Positions 30,274 through 39,339 of a DNA stretch of 64,000 bases are shown here, piece after piece; the first letter of the stretch is position 1, and each line of letters begins with the position of its first letter. The notes beneath the pieces are model-generated. The model did no database searches and was not told where the DNA came from. It saw nothing but the letters and a program-made list of their open reading frames with translations. This DNA comes from a virus. Location: positions 32,001 through 96,000 of the IMG/VR virus record IMGVR_UViG_3300024346_000008; one strand, given 5' to 3'. Position numbers and translations under genes: made by a program.

Positions 30274-30538
30274 ACACAGCGTTTGTTGTTTCCTGTGAAC
30301 GTCGGTATTCCTTAATAGCGTCCTTCAATGCCACTACTGAATCTTTGTCATCGGTCCTACCGAAGTACCAGCCGTCTGCTGCCTCGGCCAGTAAACTCAA
30401 CGCGGTATTGTATGTACGTAGTTTAATAATTTCATCGGCCATTTTATGAATATCAACTGAGCCAACGTGTCCATTCCAATCACGGTCATGTCCTTGCAGC
30501 CAGAATTCTTGAAATATGTTTTCTTGGTCTTCGTTCAT
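30263..30538 (-). CDS. hypothetical protein
   Basis: AGGAG SD. Confidence 0.55.
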   Translation of the reverse strand: MNEDQENIFQEFWLQGHDRDWNGHVGSVDIHKMADEIIKLRTYNTALSLLAEAADGWYFGRTDDKDSVVALKDAIKEYRRSQETTNAVYDN

Positions 30539-30678
30539 AGATGCTTCTCCTTTTCTATTTTCATGATTATCTTACCTAACCATTCTTTTATTTCTGGACT
30601 GAGATTCCATTGGTCAGGTGGAGTATGATGAGCATATTCTAAACAGTATGCGTATGCCGTCGCTTCTTCTTCTGTCAT
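30535..30678 (-). CDS. hypothetical protein (47 aa)
   Basis: Hand-translated MTEEEATAYAYCLEY...; ATGA overlaps at both ends. Confidence 0.5.
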   Translation of the reverse strand: MTEEEATAYAYCLEYAHHTPPDQWNLSPEIKEWLGKIIMKIEKEKHL

Positions 30679-31307
30679 AGTCCCATATCCTTGATGTAAT
30701 CCCAGCACACTATCGCCATTGCCGCACTCACATTAAAACTCCGAAGAACACCACGCTGGGGAATACTAATTCTTTCAAACTCATATTCTGGATATCCGTC
30801 ACTTGCTACTTGGTCAGTAATAAGTTTTGGAATACCGTGGCTTTCACTACCAAAGATAAACAAAGGTGACGGGCGTTCTTCATATGCCCAACCGAAATCG
30901 TTTTCACCGAGCATATACCCACCGTGTTCACACAAAATAACAGAATGTGTTTTATTCAATTCCCGAAGTTCGGCAAGAATGTGTTCGTCAGCGGTCATCG
31001 GGTCATCATAACTATATTGAACGATATTAATATAATTCTCAGCCCCAACCGTGGAACGAGCATCAAACTTTTTGCGTCCAAAGATATAAAAGTTTTCTGC
31101 CCCCAACAAACACGCCGACCGTAGAGCCATTCCTATGTTGAGACATCCGGTTACATTAATCATTCCTACCGAAAATGGAAGTCTATCTACCTTACAAATC
31201 TGCTGATTCTGTTCTAGTGTATTTTCTTTGTATTCATCCCTGACGTTAAACATCCTACTATTGGTATCGGCAATAATTTTCTTATAATTCACCATTGGGT
31301 TTTCCAT
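30675..31307 (-). CDS. SpoU/TrmH family RNA 2'-O-methyltransferase
   Basis: NIGMALRSACLLGA, IFGSESHGI, ISIPQRGVLRSFNVSAA (SPOUT motifs 1-3). Confidence 0.9.
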   Translation of the reverse strand: MENPMVNYKKIIADTNSRMFNVRDEYKENTLEQNQQICKVDRLPFSVGMINVTGCLNIGMALRSACLLGAENFYIFGRKKFDARSTVGAENYINIVQYSYDDPMTADEHILAELRELNKTHSVILCEHGGYMLGENDFGWAYEERPSPLFIFGSESHGIPKLITDQVASDGYPEYEFERISIPQRGVLRSFNVSAAMAIVCWDYIKDMGL

Positions 31308-31308
31308 A

Positions 31309-31629
31309 CTAATTCTCCGTTAATACTTTAAATTTATAATGCCCACCACGGTTACTTTGCTCCCAACAACACATCCAAAACAATCTGTTATCTTGAAGGG
31401 CATTAATAATACTTTCGTTACCAGACCATCCACCTGTAGAAATGTCGTATGTAATTTCATCACGCCCACGAAAATCTTTGGTATTATACTCCATCCATCC
31501 CCAATCCGCCGCCCACCAAATATCCTTTGCAAATTCCATTAAATGAACAAACTTATCCGTGTGCGGCCAAGTCGTAATTTTATCTAATGCGGCATCAGTC
31601 GGATAACCATCATCATCAAGATTTTCCAT
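31309..31629 (-). CDS. hypothetical phage protein
   Basis: STGGWSGNE...RGGHY. Confidence 0.6.
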   Translation of the reverse strand: MENLDDDGYPTDAALDKITTWPHTDKFVHLMEFAKDIWWAADWGWMEYNTKDFRGRDEITYDISTGGWSGNESIINALQDNRLFWMCCWEQSNRGGHYKFKVLTEN

Positions 31630-31802
31630 TATTCCTCCTTGGCAGGTTCTCGTACTTCAATCACCTGCTTTACAGAAATTTTTCCATATCGCGGGGTAAT
31701 GTAGTAACTGTAGTTATCGTTATATGGGTCTTCCTCAAACTTAATACAAATATCAACAACTACTTGACCTTGATTATAAAACATAATCCACGGAGTATTC
31801 AT
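31629..31802 (-). CDS. hypothetical protein (57 aa)
   Basis: Hand-translated MNTPWIMFYNQG...; TAATG coupling. Confidence 0.45.
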   Translation of the reverse strand: MNTPWIMFYNQGQVVVDICIKFEEDPYNDNYSYYITPRYGKISVKQVIEVREPAKEE

Positions 31803-31807
31803 ATTAA

Positions 31808-32257
31808 TTAGTATTCTTTAGTAAAGGTTCCAGTATCCAACAAGTCATCCACACAATCTAAACAAAAGTTACTGCCGTTCCACCAATGCCAACAAAATGT
31901 AATAATATGTTTGGTATCTCTATTATAATGATGCCCGATAACGGCGGCGTTCGGTTTCTCACACAACGTGCAATGTCTAATCGGCAAATCTAATTGGTGA
32001 ATATATTCTTTAATACAATTCCTGCACCATGATTTGGACGACCTAATAACAAAATTACTACATACATCTTTATATCCCAACGGATGTGTGCCGGTTTTCT
32101 TTTTTACATATGAACCATAGTTGTCAGGAATTTTGCATTTACAAGAATGACAGCGAGGGGGAACAAAGAATACATACAGTTTCTTTTTCCACGCACGAAG
32201 TTGATATTTTGTCGGAATCCACTTCGGAATTTTAACGGTAATAACTCTAGTATTCAT
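31808..32257 (-). CDS. multi-CxxC Zn-finger protein
   Basis: Four CxxC pairs. Confidence 0.55.
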   Translation of the reverse strand: MNTRVITVKIPKWIPTKYQLRAWKKKLYVFFVPPRCHSCKCKIPDNYGSYVKKKTGTHPLGYKDVCSNFVIRSSKSWCRNCIKEYIHQLDLPIRHCTLCEKPNAAVIGHHYNRDTKHIITFCWHWWNGSNFCLDCVDDLLDTGTFTKEY

Positions 32258-32469
32258 GTAGACTCCCATGCCCAGGTTGAGATTATCCAATCTTCAATAC
32301 AATCTGTTGTGGAATACTTACTATCAACAATATCTTTTCCGAATTTATAGCACATACGTTCATACCAATAATCCCAATATTCTTTTAGGATTTCTTCTTC
32401 TGACAATGTAATGTACATGGGTGTTACATCATGAGAAGAAACTGGTTGAACGTATGTATAATATTTCAT
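32254..32469 (-). CDS. hypothetical protein
   Basis: First gene after promoter. Confidence 0.55.
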   Translation of the reverse strand: MKYYTYVQPVSSHDVTPMYITLSEEEILKEYWDYWYERMCYKFGKDIVDSKYSTTDCIEDWIISTWAWEST

Positions 32470-32476
32470 TTTTAAG

Positions 32477-32527
32477 AAAAAACCCCCGTGATGAGTATAC
32501 TTAAATATACACTATCACAGGGGGTTT
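32477..32527 (-). terminator. rho-independent terminator with embedded promoter
   Basis: AAACCCCC(T)GTGAT/ATCACGGGGGTTT stem running into a T6 tract on the minus strand. Confidence 0.65.
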
Positions 32528-32532
32528 GTCAA
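32504..32532 (-). promoter_or_regulatory. sigma70-type promoter
   Basis: TTGACA-N17-TATATT. Confidence 0.7.
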
Positions 32533-32555
32533 GGGGGTCTTATTATAATGTTATA

Positions 32556-33224
32556 TTACGGTGACCGATAAAAGAATATCCAATTATCGGAAGTTTCCCA
32601 TCTGCCAGGAAATCCTCGTAAAGAAGATATCCAACCGGCCCATTCACATGCACCACGCCCACGCCCGTCCGTCCCAACTGCTTGTGTGTCAGAACATCCA
32701 ATTACATCATTAACATATCTAGTTTTATATTGTTCTTCAAAATCAAATATAGTAGTTAGTGCCGCACATGCCATTACATATGGCGTACATCGTGTCCATG
32801 TAGGAGCAGGAGGCTCGTCTGTATACATCTTGGTTTGCGGCCATCCCTGTGGATATGATTTAATGGTGTTTGTTATTAAAGTGTAATTACATTTCTGGTC
32901 AAGTGGCATTCCATCTCGTAGAATACAAATCATATCGGCCCGTTTCTGCCAATATCCCACGTTCTTACGATATTTCTCGGGAAACTTGTTATAATATCTA
33001 ACACAGACAGAATCACTATACATGTCAGTTCGCATTACCATTGAACTATCTTCATACATAAACATAACACAACGTGCCCCAATAGACATTAACAATCTAG
33101 TTACTTCTAAGGGTTTAACTCGTATAAGTGTATTTGTAGTTAATGTGTTTGCTGTAGCAGAAACTTGTGTGGTTCCCGTGTCCACCGATGCGGCTAACAA
33201 TTGTAATAGTAATATCCACTTCAT
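32556..33224 (-). CDS. Cys-rich secreted protein
   Basis: Signal-like MKWILLLQLLAA; 8 Cys. Confidence 0.6.
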   Translation of the reverse strand: MKWILLLQLLAASVDTGTTQVSATANTLTTNTLIRVKPLEVTRLLMSIGARCVMFMYEDSSMVMRTDMYSDSVCVRYYNKFPEKYRKNVGYWQKRADMICILRDGMPLDQKCNYTLITNTIKSYPQGWPQTKMYTDEPPAPTWTRCTPYVMACAALTTIFDFEEQYKTRYVNDVIGCSDTQAVGTDGRGRGACEWAGWISSLRGFPGRWETSDNWIFFYRSP

Positions 33225-33228
33225 TGTT

Positions 33229-33564
33229 TTATGGGATTAGTTTAATACAATCAAACCCAACAAACCCATATGACATTCTAAAGTGTGGATAGGTGAGTTT
33301 ATCAATAAATGGTATGCAATATAAATTTTTTTTATATCCTCGTACAATAACTTCAAACGTATCTGTTGGGATACCCTTGAAAATAGTTAACGTGGAATCA
33401 ATTTCCGTATAGGTTAATCTGTAATTCTTATCGTGGATTGTTTTATTCTTATGCTGTACGATAACCATTAAACTATCGTATTGTAATCTATTATAGGAAT
33501 ATACTATCCGAACAGGTTGTGCCGCCAAGGGCATTGCAAATAATAGTAAAAATAGTAATTTCAT
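33229..33564 (-). CDS. secreted beta-rich (FN3-like) protein
   Basis: Signal MKLLFLLLFAMPLAA|QP; TFEVIVRGY strand. Confidence 0.55.
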   Translation of the reverse strand: MKLLFLLLFAMPLAAQPVRIVYSYNRLQYDSLMVIVQHKNKTIHDKNYRLTYTEIDSTLTIFKGIPTDTFEVIVRGYKKNLYCIPFIDKLTYPHFRMSYGFVGFDCIKLIP

Positions 33565-34631
33565 GGATACCCAATACAAAATACTTCACATAAATTCCAG
33601 CCAGGATTTACTGACCACACACGAACTCTACCAATTTGTATAAATTCATTACGTATTGGTTGCTGCCACATAAATCGTCCAATAGATAATCCAATTAATT
33701 TATCAGCGGCAGTATCTCTATTTAAGATGGTTCCTAAGTGTGTGTCATCTATCCATAACGAAATAGATGCACCGTTGGGATGTACACCGTTTGCTGCCTT
33801 AAACCAAAATCTATATCGGTGCCATTGTTTATCAAATCGCATTAACTTGTCAGAAAATACATTCGTATATCGTGCATCTCCTTGAACGTGATATGAACCC
33901 GGTATATTCCACAACCCTCCACCTATTTTATAAGTATAATAGCTGGTGAGTATTCCATATCCACATACATGCCTATCATCTTCGTCAATTTGTTTTGTTG
34001 GTCCACCATCAGAAAAATAACAAGGTTGTCCTATATCTGCTCGCATTGCCCACGGCCATCCAGCACCAAGAGTTACTCCAAATGCCCCAGAAAGATTGTT
34101 GACTCGTCCCATCAATAATACTACACCAGACCCACCATACACACTTGACCAACTAGTATAGGGTTGTTCTGGTGCTGATGCTTTACATGCCGTTGTATCT
34201 GCCGAAGGTCTATGTAATGCAAATGCACTATCCCATTTAACCCATATTTCTACGTATGCTTCCGGTAATTGTTGTGGGAAATCTAAATCATATCCCATAT
34301 AATATTTGTCACATACCGGAGTTACTGGATTCGGGATAAGTGAATATTGTAATGCGTTACATGTTGGTTCAAACCCAATAATAGGAGATTGTGCATAAAC
34401 CTTACTATTCTTGGTAGTGGACGTAAATGATTCAACCGACGTATACGTGTAATTTTCTTCAAGTATTGGCGGTATTGTAGTAGGAGTTGATACACTTACC
34501 AATGTCGTATCAATTATATTACCCGCTGTTGCAATTACGCTAGATGTACGTGGAGTTACACATGCCGAAAACTGTTGAGCGTGTACGGGTATGGCAAACA
34601 ATGTAACCAACGTAAATATAAATTTCATCAT
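33561..34631 (-). CDS. secreted ConA/LamG or polysaccharide-lyase-like beta-sandwich protein
   Basis: Signal MMKFIFTLVTLFAIPVHA|QQ; YVEIWVKW, QWHRYRFWFK, ISLWIDD, IGRVRVW. Confidence 0.55.
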   Translation of the reverse strand: MMKFIFTLVTLFAIPVHAQQFSACVTPRTSSVIATAGNIIDTTLVSVSTPTTIPPILEENYTYTSVESFTSTTKNSKVYAQSPIIGFEPTCNALQYSLIPNPVTPVCDKYYMGYDLDFPQQLPEAYVEIWVKWDSAFALHRPSADTTACKASAPEQPYTSWSSVYGGSGVVLLMGRVNNLSGAFGVTLGAGWPWAMRADIGQPCYFSDGGPTKQIDEDDRHVCGYGILTSYYTYKIGGGLWNIPGSYHVQGDARYTNVFSDKLMRFDKQWHRYRFWFKAANGVHPNGASISLWIDDTHLGTILNRDTAADKLIGLSIGRFMWQQPIRNEFIQIGRVRVWSVNPGWNLCEVFCIGYP

Positions 34632-35257
34632 TACATCAACGAGGAGCATGTCTCTGGTGTGATGGTCCCACCACCAGTTGTTTTCCAGTTAATACACAAC
34701 TTATCTGCTGCCCGTTGCTTTGCTCCCCCAACCCATTTAGTTGCTGTGGGAAGTGCGTTGTAGTATTGAACACACGTTGGAATATCCTTTTCGCGTTGAC
34801 GAAATAATGTGGTTCCATCATTGAATTTTAAAAACGCACAGAACTGAACACTTTGTCCTGCGTTTACTGTAATTGTATCCTTTGGATATAAGTCCAATCC
34901 TATGGGTTGATAATATACATCGGCATTAAAAAAGTAATTTACATTTGCCGGTAAACTTGCCAATCCTCTACGGATAGATACCAACAAAAACCTATAGGTT
35001 GTCGTATCATCGGGAATACTAAATGATACCGTATCAATTGGCTTTGTTCTCCGATACAATACAGGTACAGTATCTCTGGATAGAAACACAGCAACCATTG
35101 TGCTATCTACTACTTGTGTTTGTGTCCAACTAAGTTTGAAGTTAATCTTCTTAGTTGTACTTGACAAAGTAGCAATAGCCAATGGTTGGCGTGGAGTTCT
35201 TGTTTGTGCGTTCAAAGTAGTTGCACAAACAAGCAATAAACTAAATAACCTTTTCAT
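34631..35257 (-). CDS. secreted FN3-like + Big_2 Ig-like protein
   Basis: Signal MKRLFSLLLVCATTLNA|Q; KLSW...TYRFLLVS; YPKDTITVNAGQSVQF...WKTTGGGTIT. Confidence 0.55.
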   Translation of the reverse strand: MKRLFSLLLVCATTLNAQTRTPRQPLAIATLSSTTKKINFKLSWTQTQVVDSTMVAVFLSRDTVPVLYRRTKPIDTVSFSIPDDTTTYRFLLVSIRRGLASLPANVNYFFNADVYYQPIGLDLYPKDTITVNAGQSVQFCAFLKFNDGTTLFRQREKDIPTCVQYYNALPTATKWVGGAKQRAADKLCINWKTTGGGTITPETCSSLM

Positions 35258-35274
35258 AAAACACTCCTTATGTA

Positions 35275-35928
35275 TTACTTAACAATTAATGTAATGTAAC
35301 TGTTTGTTCCAACTTTGTATGTGGTCGTTCCATTTTCTTCACGAATAAATAACGAACGATATGCTGCGGAATTATCTATCTCGGATATACTTTTAATAGA
35401 TAATAAGTTTGTAACACTACCCACAGTTGGTGGTGCTTCTGGAAGAACGATGGTATCCACCTTGATTGAATCGGGTGGTGGAGGTGGTCTATCACCACGA
35501 CGAAGAAGCAATGTAGCAACAGCGGGTGAGGTTGAGAGTAATGTTCTACGGACTGACCATACCCGTGATGTTAATGTTACGGTATCGTTCACTAAATTTA
35601 ATTTAATACTTACCGTATCTGCTAATCCGTTTGCCCGTTTTGATGTGGGTAATGGGCCTGTTACTGCGTCAACTACTACTTTAGATGATATCATCGAATG
35701 TAGATAGTATTCTGGTAAACCAAATCCATCATTCGGAGCTTTCCATGTTACACGAATTCTTAATGTGGTATCAGCAACTCCGTTTAATTGTGCTACTACA
35801 GCAAATGCAACCGTTTCGCCTTCTGGTGATGGTGCCGGTGAAAATCCTGGCCCTACGTCTACTGGTTGTGCATCAGAACATCCCATCAATATAAGCGATG
35901 CCATAACCACATACTTCAGATGTTTCAT
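35275..35928 (-). CDS. lipoprotein with FN3-like domain
   Basis: Lipobox LMGC at Cys17; LRIRVTWKAPNDG; Pro-rich linkers. Confidence 0.65.
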   Translation of the reverse strand: MKHLKYVVMASLILMGCSDAQPVDVGPGFSPAPSPEGETVAFAVVAQLNGVADTTLRIRVTWKAPNDGFGLPEYYLHSMISSKVVVDAVTGPLPTSKRANGLADTVSIKLNLVNDTVTLTSRVWSVRRTLLSTSPAVATLLLRRGDRPPPPPDSIKVDTIVLPEAPPTVGSVTNLLSIKSISEIDNSAAYRSLFIREENGTTTYKVGTNSYITLIVK

Positions 35929-35966
35929 TACTATTCTCAGTTAACATGAACATAACCATGCTTACC

Positions 35967-35975
35967 TATAAATAG
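35967..35975 (-). promoter_or_regulatory. candidate late promoter CTATTTATA
   Basis: Recurrent 9-mer, ~40 nt upstream of the secreted-protein operon. Confidence 0.5.
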
Positions 35976-35982
35976 TAAACTA

Positions 35983-36864
35983 TCATTTTGTAATACCCAC
36001 AGAACACAATTCTTTTTTACCCTTAAACTTACACCACCGACATGCTTCCTTGCTGGGAGTTGCAGTTTGTTCTGTAATATATTCTCCATTGTCAAAGCAT
36101 GTATCAATAAATTTCTGAAATGAGTTCCATGCTTTGTTTACACTTGGGGCACCATTAGACGGTTCAAACTTACTAATCCGTGGAATAACAAAGTCTGTGT
36201 TTTCCATGATGGTGCGTTTCAGAATAATAAACTCGACGGAAATATTCTTTTCATCAACCCCCAACTGCTGTCCAAAGAAACGCTTGTAGAGCAACAACTG
36301 GCCAATCTTCAGTGGATCACTCTTCTGAGATTGCGTCCATCCAGAACGCGAAGTCTTCAAATCATAGAGAACATATTTCTGTGTTGCTTCGTTATATGTT
36401 ACAATGTCGATATATCCAATATACTGAACCCCTTCACGAACTTCCATTTCCAGTGGAAACTCAATACTATGCAACTTAATGTTTGCCACGGGAAAAATCT
36501 TCTTGTAATTATTCTGTAGATACGATAGAATCAAACACCCATGTTCGTAAAATTCCATCAAAGTTTTCTTATCAGCAAGGAAAACCTTTTCACCTTTGTC
36601 GGATACCGTAGTATTTTCCTTGAAAAGATTGAGCAACTTCTCCTTAAATCCATCGTGAAGGTACATCGTCTTTGCCACATTCTCACTTTGGTTATACAAC
36701 ACATCCAACCATTCTTGAATAGTTTCATGCATAGCTGTGCCGAATATGGTATGAATCGAACTATCGTCCAACTTATGACCATCGACATATTTCAACTGCC
36801 ACGACTTTGGGCAGTTTGCCCACATAGTATACTGAGAATACGAGATACGCTTAGTCGATGTCAT
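35983..36864 (-). CDS. PD-(D/E)xK RecB/Cas4-like exonuclease
   Basis: ISYSQ...CP, FGTAMHE, GYIDIV, DLKT, QLLLY, CRWC...C. Confidence 0.88.
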   Translation of the reverse strand: MTSTKRISYSQYTMWANCPKSWQLKYVDGHKLDDSSIHTIFGTAMHETIQEWLDVLYNQSENVAKTMYLHDGFKEKLLNLFKENTTVSDKGEKVFLADKKTLMEFYEHGCLILSYLQNNYKKIFPVANIKLHSIEFPLEMEVREGVQYIGYIDIVTYNEATQKYVLYDLKTSRSGWTQSQKSDPLKIGQLLLYKRFFGQQLGVDEKNISVEFIILKRTIMENTDFVIPRISKFEPSNGAPSVNKAWNSFQKFIDTCFDNGEYITEQTATPSKEACRWCKFKGKKELCSVGITK

Positions 36865-37087
36865 TTAGAATTTTCGTAAAGGTTTTTTGTGTACGTGCGT
36901 TGTATGAATCTACGGGCGTTGTTTTTCCGGCTTCGTCTAGTAAAAGACGAAGAACTTTCATAACGGTATCTAGATCGTTAATTCTATATTCTAGTGGACC
37001 GTAATTTTCCTGTTCAATTAAGATACTCATTTTACCCGTGAATGTCAATCTCAATTCAGGTACAGTTTCTTTCTTTTTGCGTGGCAT
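36851..37087 (-). CDS. hypothetical protein
   Basis: Start MPRKKK right after upstream stop. Confidence 0.5.
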   Translation of the reverse strand: MPRKKKETVPELRLTFTGKMSILIEQENYGPLEYRINDLDTVMKVLRLLLDEAGKTTPVDSYNARTQKTFTKILNDID

Positions 37088-37088
37088 A

Positions 37089-37448
37089 TTAAAAGGGGTT
37101 GATTGTTGGACGACCATTTGCATGCGCATCACACAGTGTCTTATACCATCCACCACCACGAAGGGCACCTACCTCTCCACAGGTTTCGCAAAGTTTATAA
37201 CTTTCTGTTTCCAATCCAAGAATAAACTTATCAAATTCGTCGTGCATTGGCGATGAATAAATACGAAGACCGCCGTACTTTTCCTTTACTTGGTCAATAA
37301 GAATAATAATATCGCTAATCGATTCCAACTTATCAAATGCTTTATTGACTAATCCATGCCATCCAATATCAACAGATGCCAGTGCTTGTTCTCTGGTGTA
37401 TCCCGCTGCATAAAAACTAGCGGGTGAAAACTTCGGGATATGTTTCAT
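37089..37448 (-). CDS. hypothetical phage protein with C-terminal Zn ribbon
   Basis: QVKEKYGGLRIY, CETCG, TLCDAH. Confidence 0.7.
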   Translation of the reverse strand: MKHIPKFSPASFYAAGYTREQALASVDIGWHGLVNKAFDKLESISDIIILIDQVKEKYGGLRIYSSPMHDEFDKFILGLETESYKLCETCGEVGALRGGGWYKTLCDAHANGRPTINPF

Positions 37449-37475
37449 AATTCCTTCCTTATTAAAGTATACTTA

Positions 37476-37504
37476 AATATAATCAATATACCATTAAAAG
37501 TCAA
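37476..37504 (-). promoter_or_regulatory. sigma70-type promoter
   Basis: TTGACT-N17-TATATT. Confidence 0.7.
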
Positions 37505-37523
37505 GTGTTTGTGAGAATATATT

Positions 37524-37532
37524 CTATTTATA
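37524..37532 (+). promoter_or_regulatory. candidate late promoter CTATTTATA
   Basis: Motif flips to + strand ahead of the only + strand gene. Confidence 0.55.
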
Positions 37533-37570
37533 GTGGGAAGTATTAATACCTTAATTATACGGAGTAGTTT

Positions 37571-37777
37571 ATGCCTTGGAAATATTATACAGCAATAATG
37601 CCATCTGGTTCGGTTATCGACACGAACTGGTTAAATCAACTAGGCTCCAACGTTTCACATTCCCTTACCGGTGCTCCTTCGGGCAGTTGGAACTTAACGC
37701 AAGTGGTTCCATTATCAAATATTAGTGGTAACGGGAATGGACAAGCACTATTTTACTTTATCTCTGGTTCGTATTAA
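37571..37777 (+). CDS. small DUF4177-like protein
   Basis: GGAG SD; WKYY...LNQLG...WNLTQV...FYF; sits in a gap between minus genes. Confidence 0.6.
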   Translation: MPWKYYTAIMPSGSVIDTNWLNQLGSNVSHSLTGAPSGSWNLTQVVPLSNISGNGNGQALFYFISGSY

Positions 37778-37992
37778 GCAATAACATCAATCGGGGTATG
37801 CATACTTATTACTTGATTTTCTAATAGCAATATATTTTCTTTTAGAAATTCAATGTTGGGTGGATTTTCAAAATGTTCATAAATAGTATTACTTGCATAT
37901 GTTACCGATATGTGAAACGAAGAGGGAGTATCTTGTCCAATGACATAGGTACTCCCTTTTTCCGTTTTCCCAATTTCTTTAGCGATGAACAT
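37774..37992 (-). CDS. hypothetical protein
   Basis: ORF convergent with the + gene. Confidence 0.45.
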   Translation of the reverse strand: MFIAKEIGKTEKGSTYVIGQDTPSSFHISVTYASNTIYEHFENPPNIEFLKENILLLENQVISMHTPIDVIA

Positions 37993-38293
37993 TGAACTTT
38001 TCCCATTCCATTGCATCCAATTCCCACTTACCACTTAAGTGTGGATATAATTCCCAAAACATTCCAGAACGAACACTTGCTAGATATTCATCTGGTGCGT
38101 CAGTTTGTGATTTCAGTTTATTTGAAAGTTCAGTAATTTCTTTCTGAATACTTTCTACCGTTGCCGCCGTGGGTAATCCACTGTATTCACACATTTCCTG
38201 TGGTGTACTGAATGCCCGTTCCCAATTATCTGAGAATGTTTTCTGGTCAACACTCAATGGGCGTTGCTTATCACCTTTACCGTTTTCACTCAT
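37979..38293 (-). CDS. hypothetical protein
   Basis: GKGDKQRPLSV...NWERAF motif seen in T4-like phage small proteins. Confidence 0.6.
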   Translation of the reverse strand: MSENGKGDKQRPLSVDQKTFSDNWERAFSTPQEMCEYSGLPTAATVESIQKEITELSNKLKSQTDAPDEYLASVRSGMFWELYPHLSGKWELDAMEWEKFNVHR

Positions 38294-38411
38294 TTTCAAT
38301 TCCCCAATCTTTAGCGTCTACCCACACAAGTGGATGATAAGGTATATACAGCGGATTCTGTAAAATCTCTTCCATAGTGTAACCCACTGAACTTGATACT
38401 GGATTATTCAT
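38286..38411 (-). CDS. hypothetical protein (41 aa)
   Basis: Hand-translated; ATGA overlap with dCMP deaminase stop. Confidence 0.35.
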   Translation of the reverse strand: MNNPVSSSVGYTMEEILQNPLYIPYHPLVWVDAKDWGIENE

Positions 38412-38866
38412 GGAGTATCTCCGTAAAATTCAATACTCATTCCTGCTTCAATAAACATACCCACACTACGCATTGCATGTTCGTTCCAACGAGCGTCCTT
38501 TGCGCCGGTACCCATATCATATTCTTCCATAACGATTTTTGTAATACCCGAATTAATAATGGCCCGTGCGCAATCCGCACATGGTGTTCCGCATGTCATA
38601 TACATTGTACATCCCTTCGTAGACACACCAATCCGTGCAGCATTATAAATTGCATTGCGCTCTGCGTGCTCCATCCAATAATACTTTTCAGGACGTTCCT
38701 GTCGTTCAGGCCGATAATCGTCAATTCCTCTAGGGAATGAGTTATATCCCGTGGATACAATTTCATTATCCTTGCCGACAATCACAACACCGATTTGGGT
38801 TGCTTCATCCTTAGACTTTAATTTGACCGTATGTGCTATCGCACGAAAGTATTCTTGCCAGTTCAT
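38408..38866 (-). CDS. dCMP deaminase
   Basis: STGYN, HAERNAI, PCADC. Confidence 0.93.
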   Translation of the reverse strand: MNWQEYFRAIAHTVKLKSKDEATQIGVVIVGKDNEIVSTGYNSFPRGIDDYRPERQERPEKYYWMEHAERNAIYNAARIGVSTKGCTMYMTCGTPCADCARAIINSGITKIVMEEYDMGTGAKDARWNEHAMRSVGMFIEAGMSIEFYGDTP

Positions 38867-39333
38867 AGTTTTGCTTGCTTAAGTTGTTTTTTATCTACGC
38901 CATATTTTTCACAGAGTTCCCGTAACCCATCTTTATTCTGTGTGTAGTAAATTTCTAGATAGGTGATTGCTTCCACCTTTGATACTTGATAGTATTTAGC
39001 AACTAACTCGACCAACCAGTTTTCATACTTCTCATCTTTAGAACCTTTAATGTATTTATTATATTGTTTCCCACGGGGCAATATGTTCGTAAGAAATTGA
39101 TAATGTGCCCTATCGGGAATGTTTGGATACTTCTGTAACGCATTCACGATAGGGGCATAATTTACATTCATCGAAAGAAACCGATGCATCATATATCGGG
39201 AATACTTATATTTCTTTTTATCCGTATCATTCAACCCATCAAAGAATTGTATAGACTGATCCGTTGTTACGGCGTTCAAAAAATCAAATAACTCGTTTCC
39301 TTTTTCAGATACTTCGGCTTTCTTCTTTGGCAT
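38863..39333 (-). CDS. clamp loader small subunit (T4 gp62-like)
   Basis: LFDFLN, YMMHRFLSM, HYQFL, VAKYYQVS..EA..YL. Confidence 0.75.
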   Translation of the reverse strand: MPKKKAEVSEKGNELFDFLNAVTTDQSIQFFDGLNDTDKKKYKYSRYMMHRFLSMNVNYAPIVNALQKYPNIPDRAHYQFLTNILPRGKQYNKYIKGSKDEKYENWLVELVAKYYQVSKVEAITYLEIYYTQNKDGLRELCEKYGVDKKQLKQAKL

Positions 39334-39339
39334 ATTTAA

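Noticed and set aside
35983-36864. Cas4 / CRISPR locus
   Set aside because: Stand-alone phage PD-(D/E)xK exonuclease; no cas genes or repeat-spacer array seen
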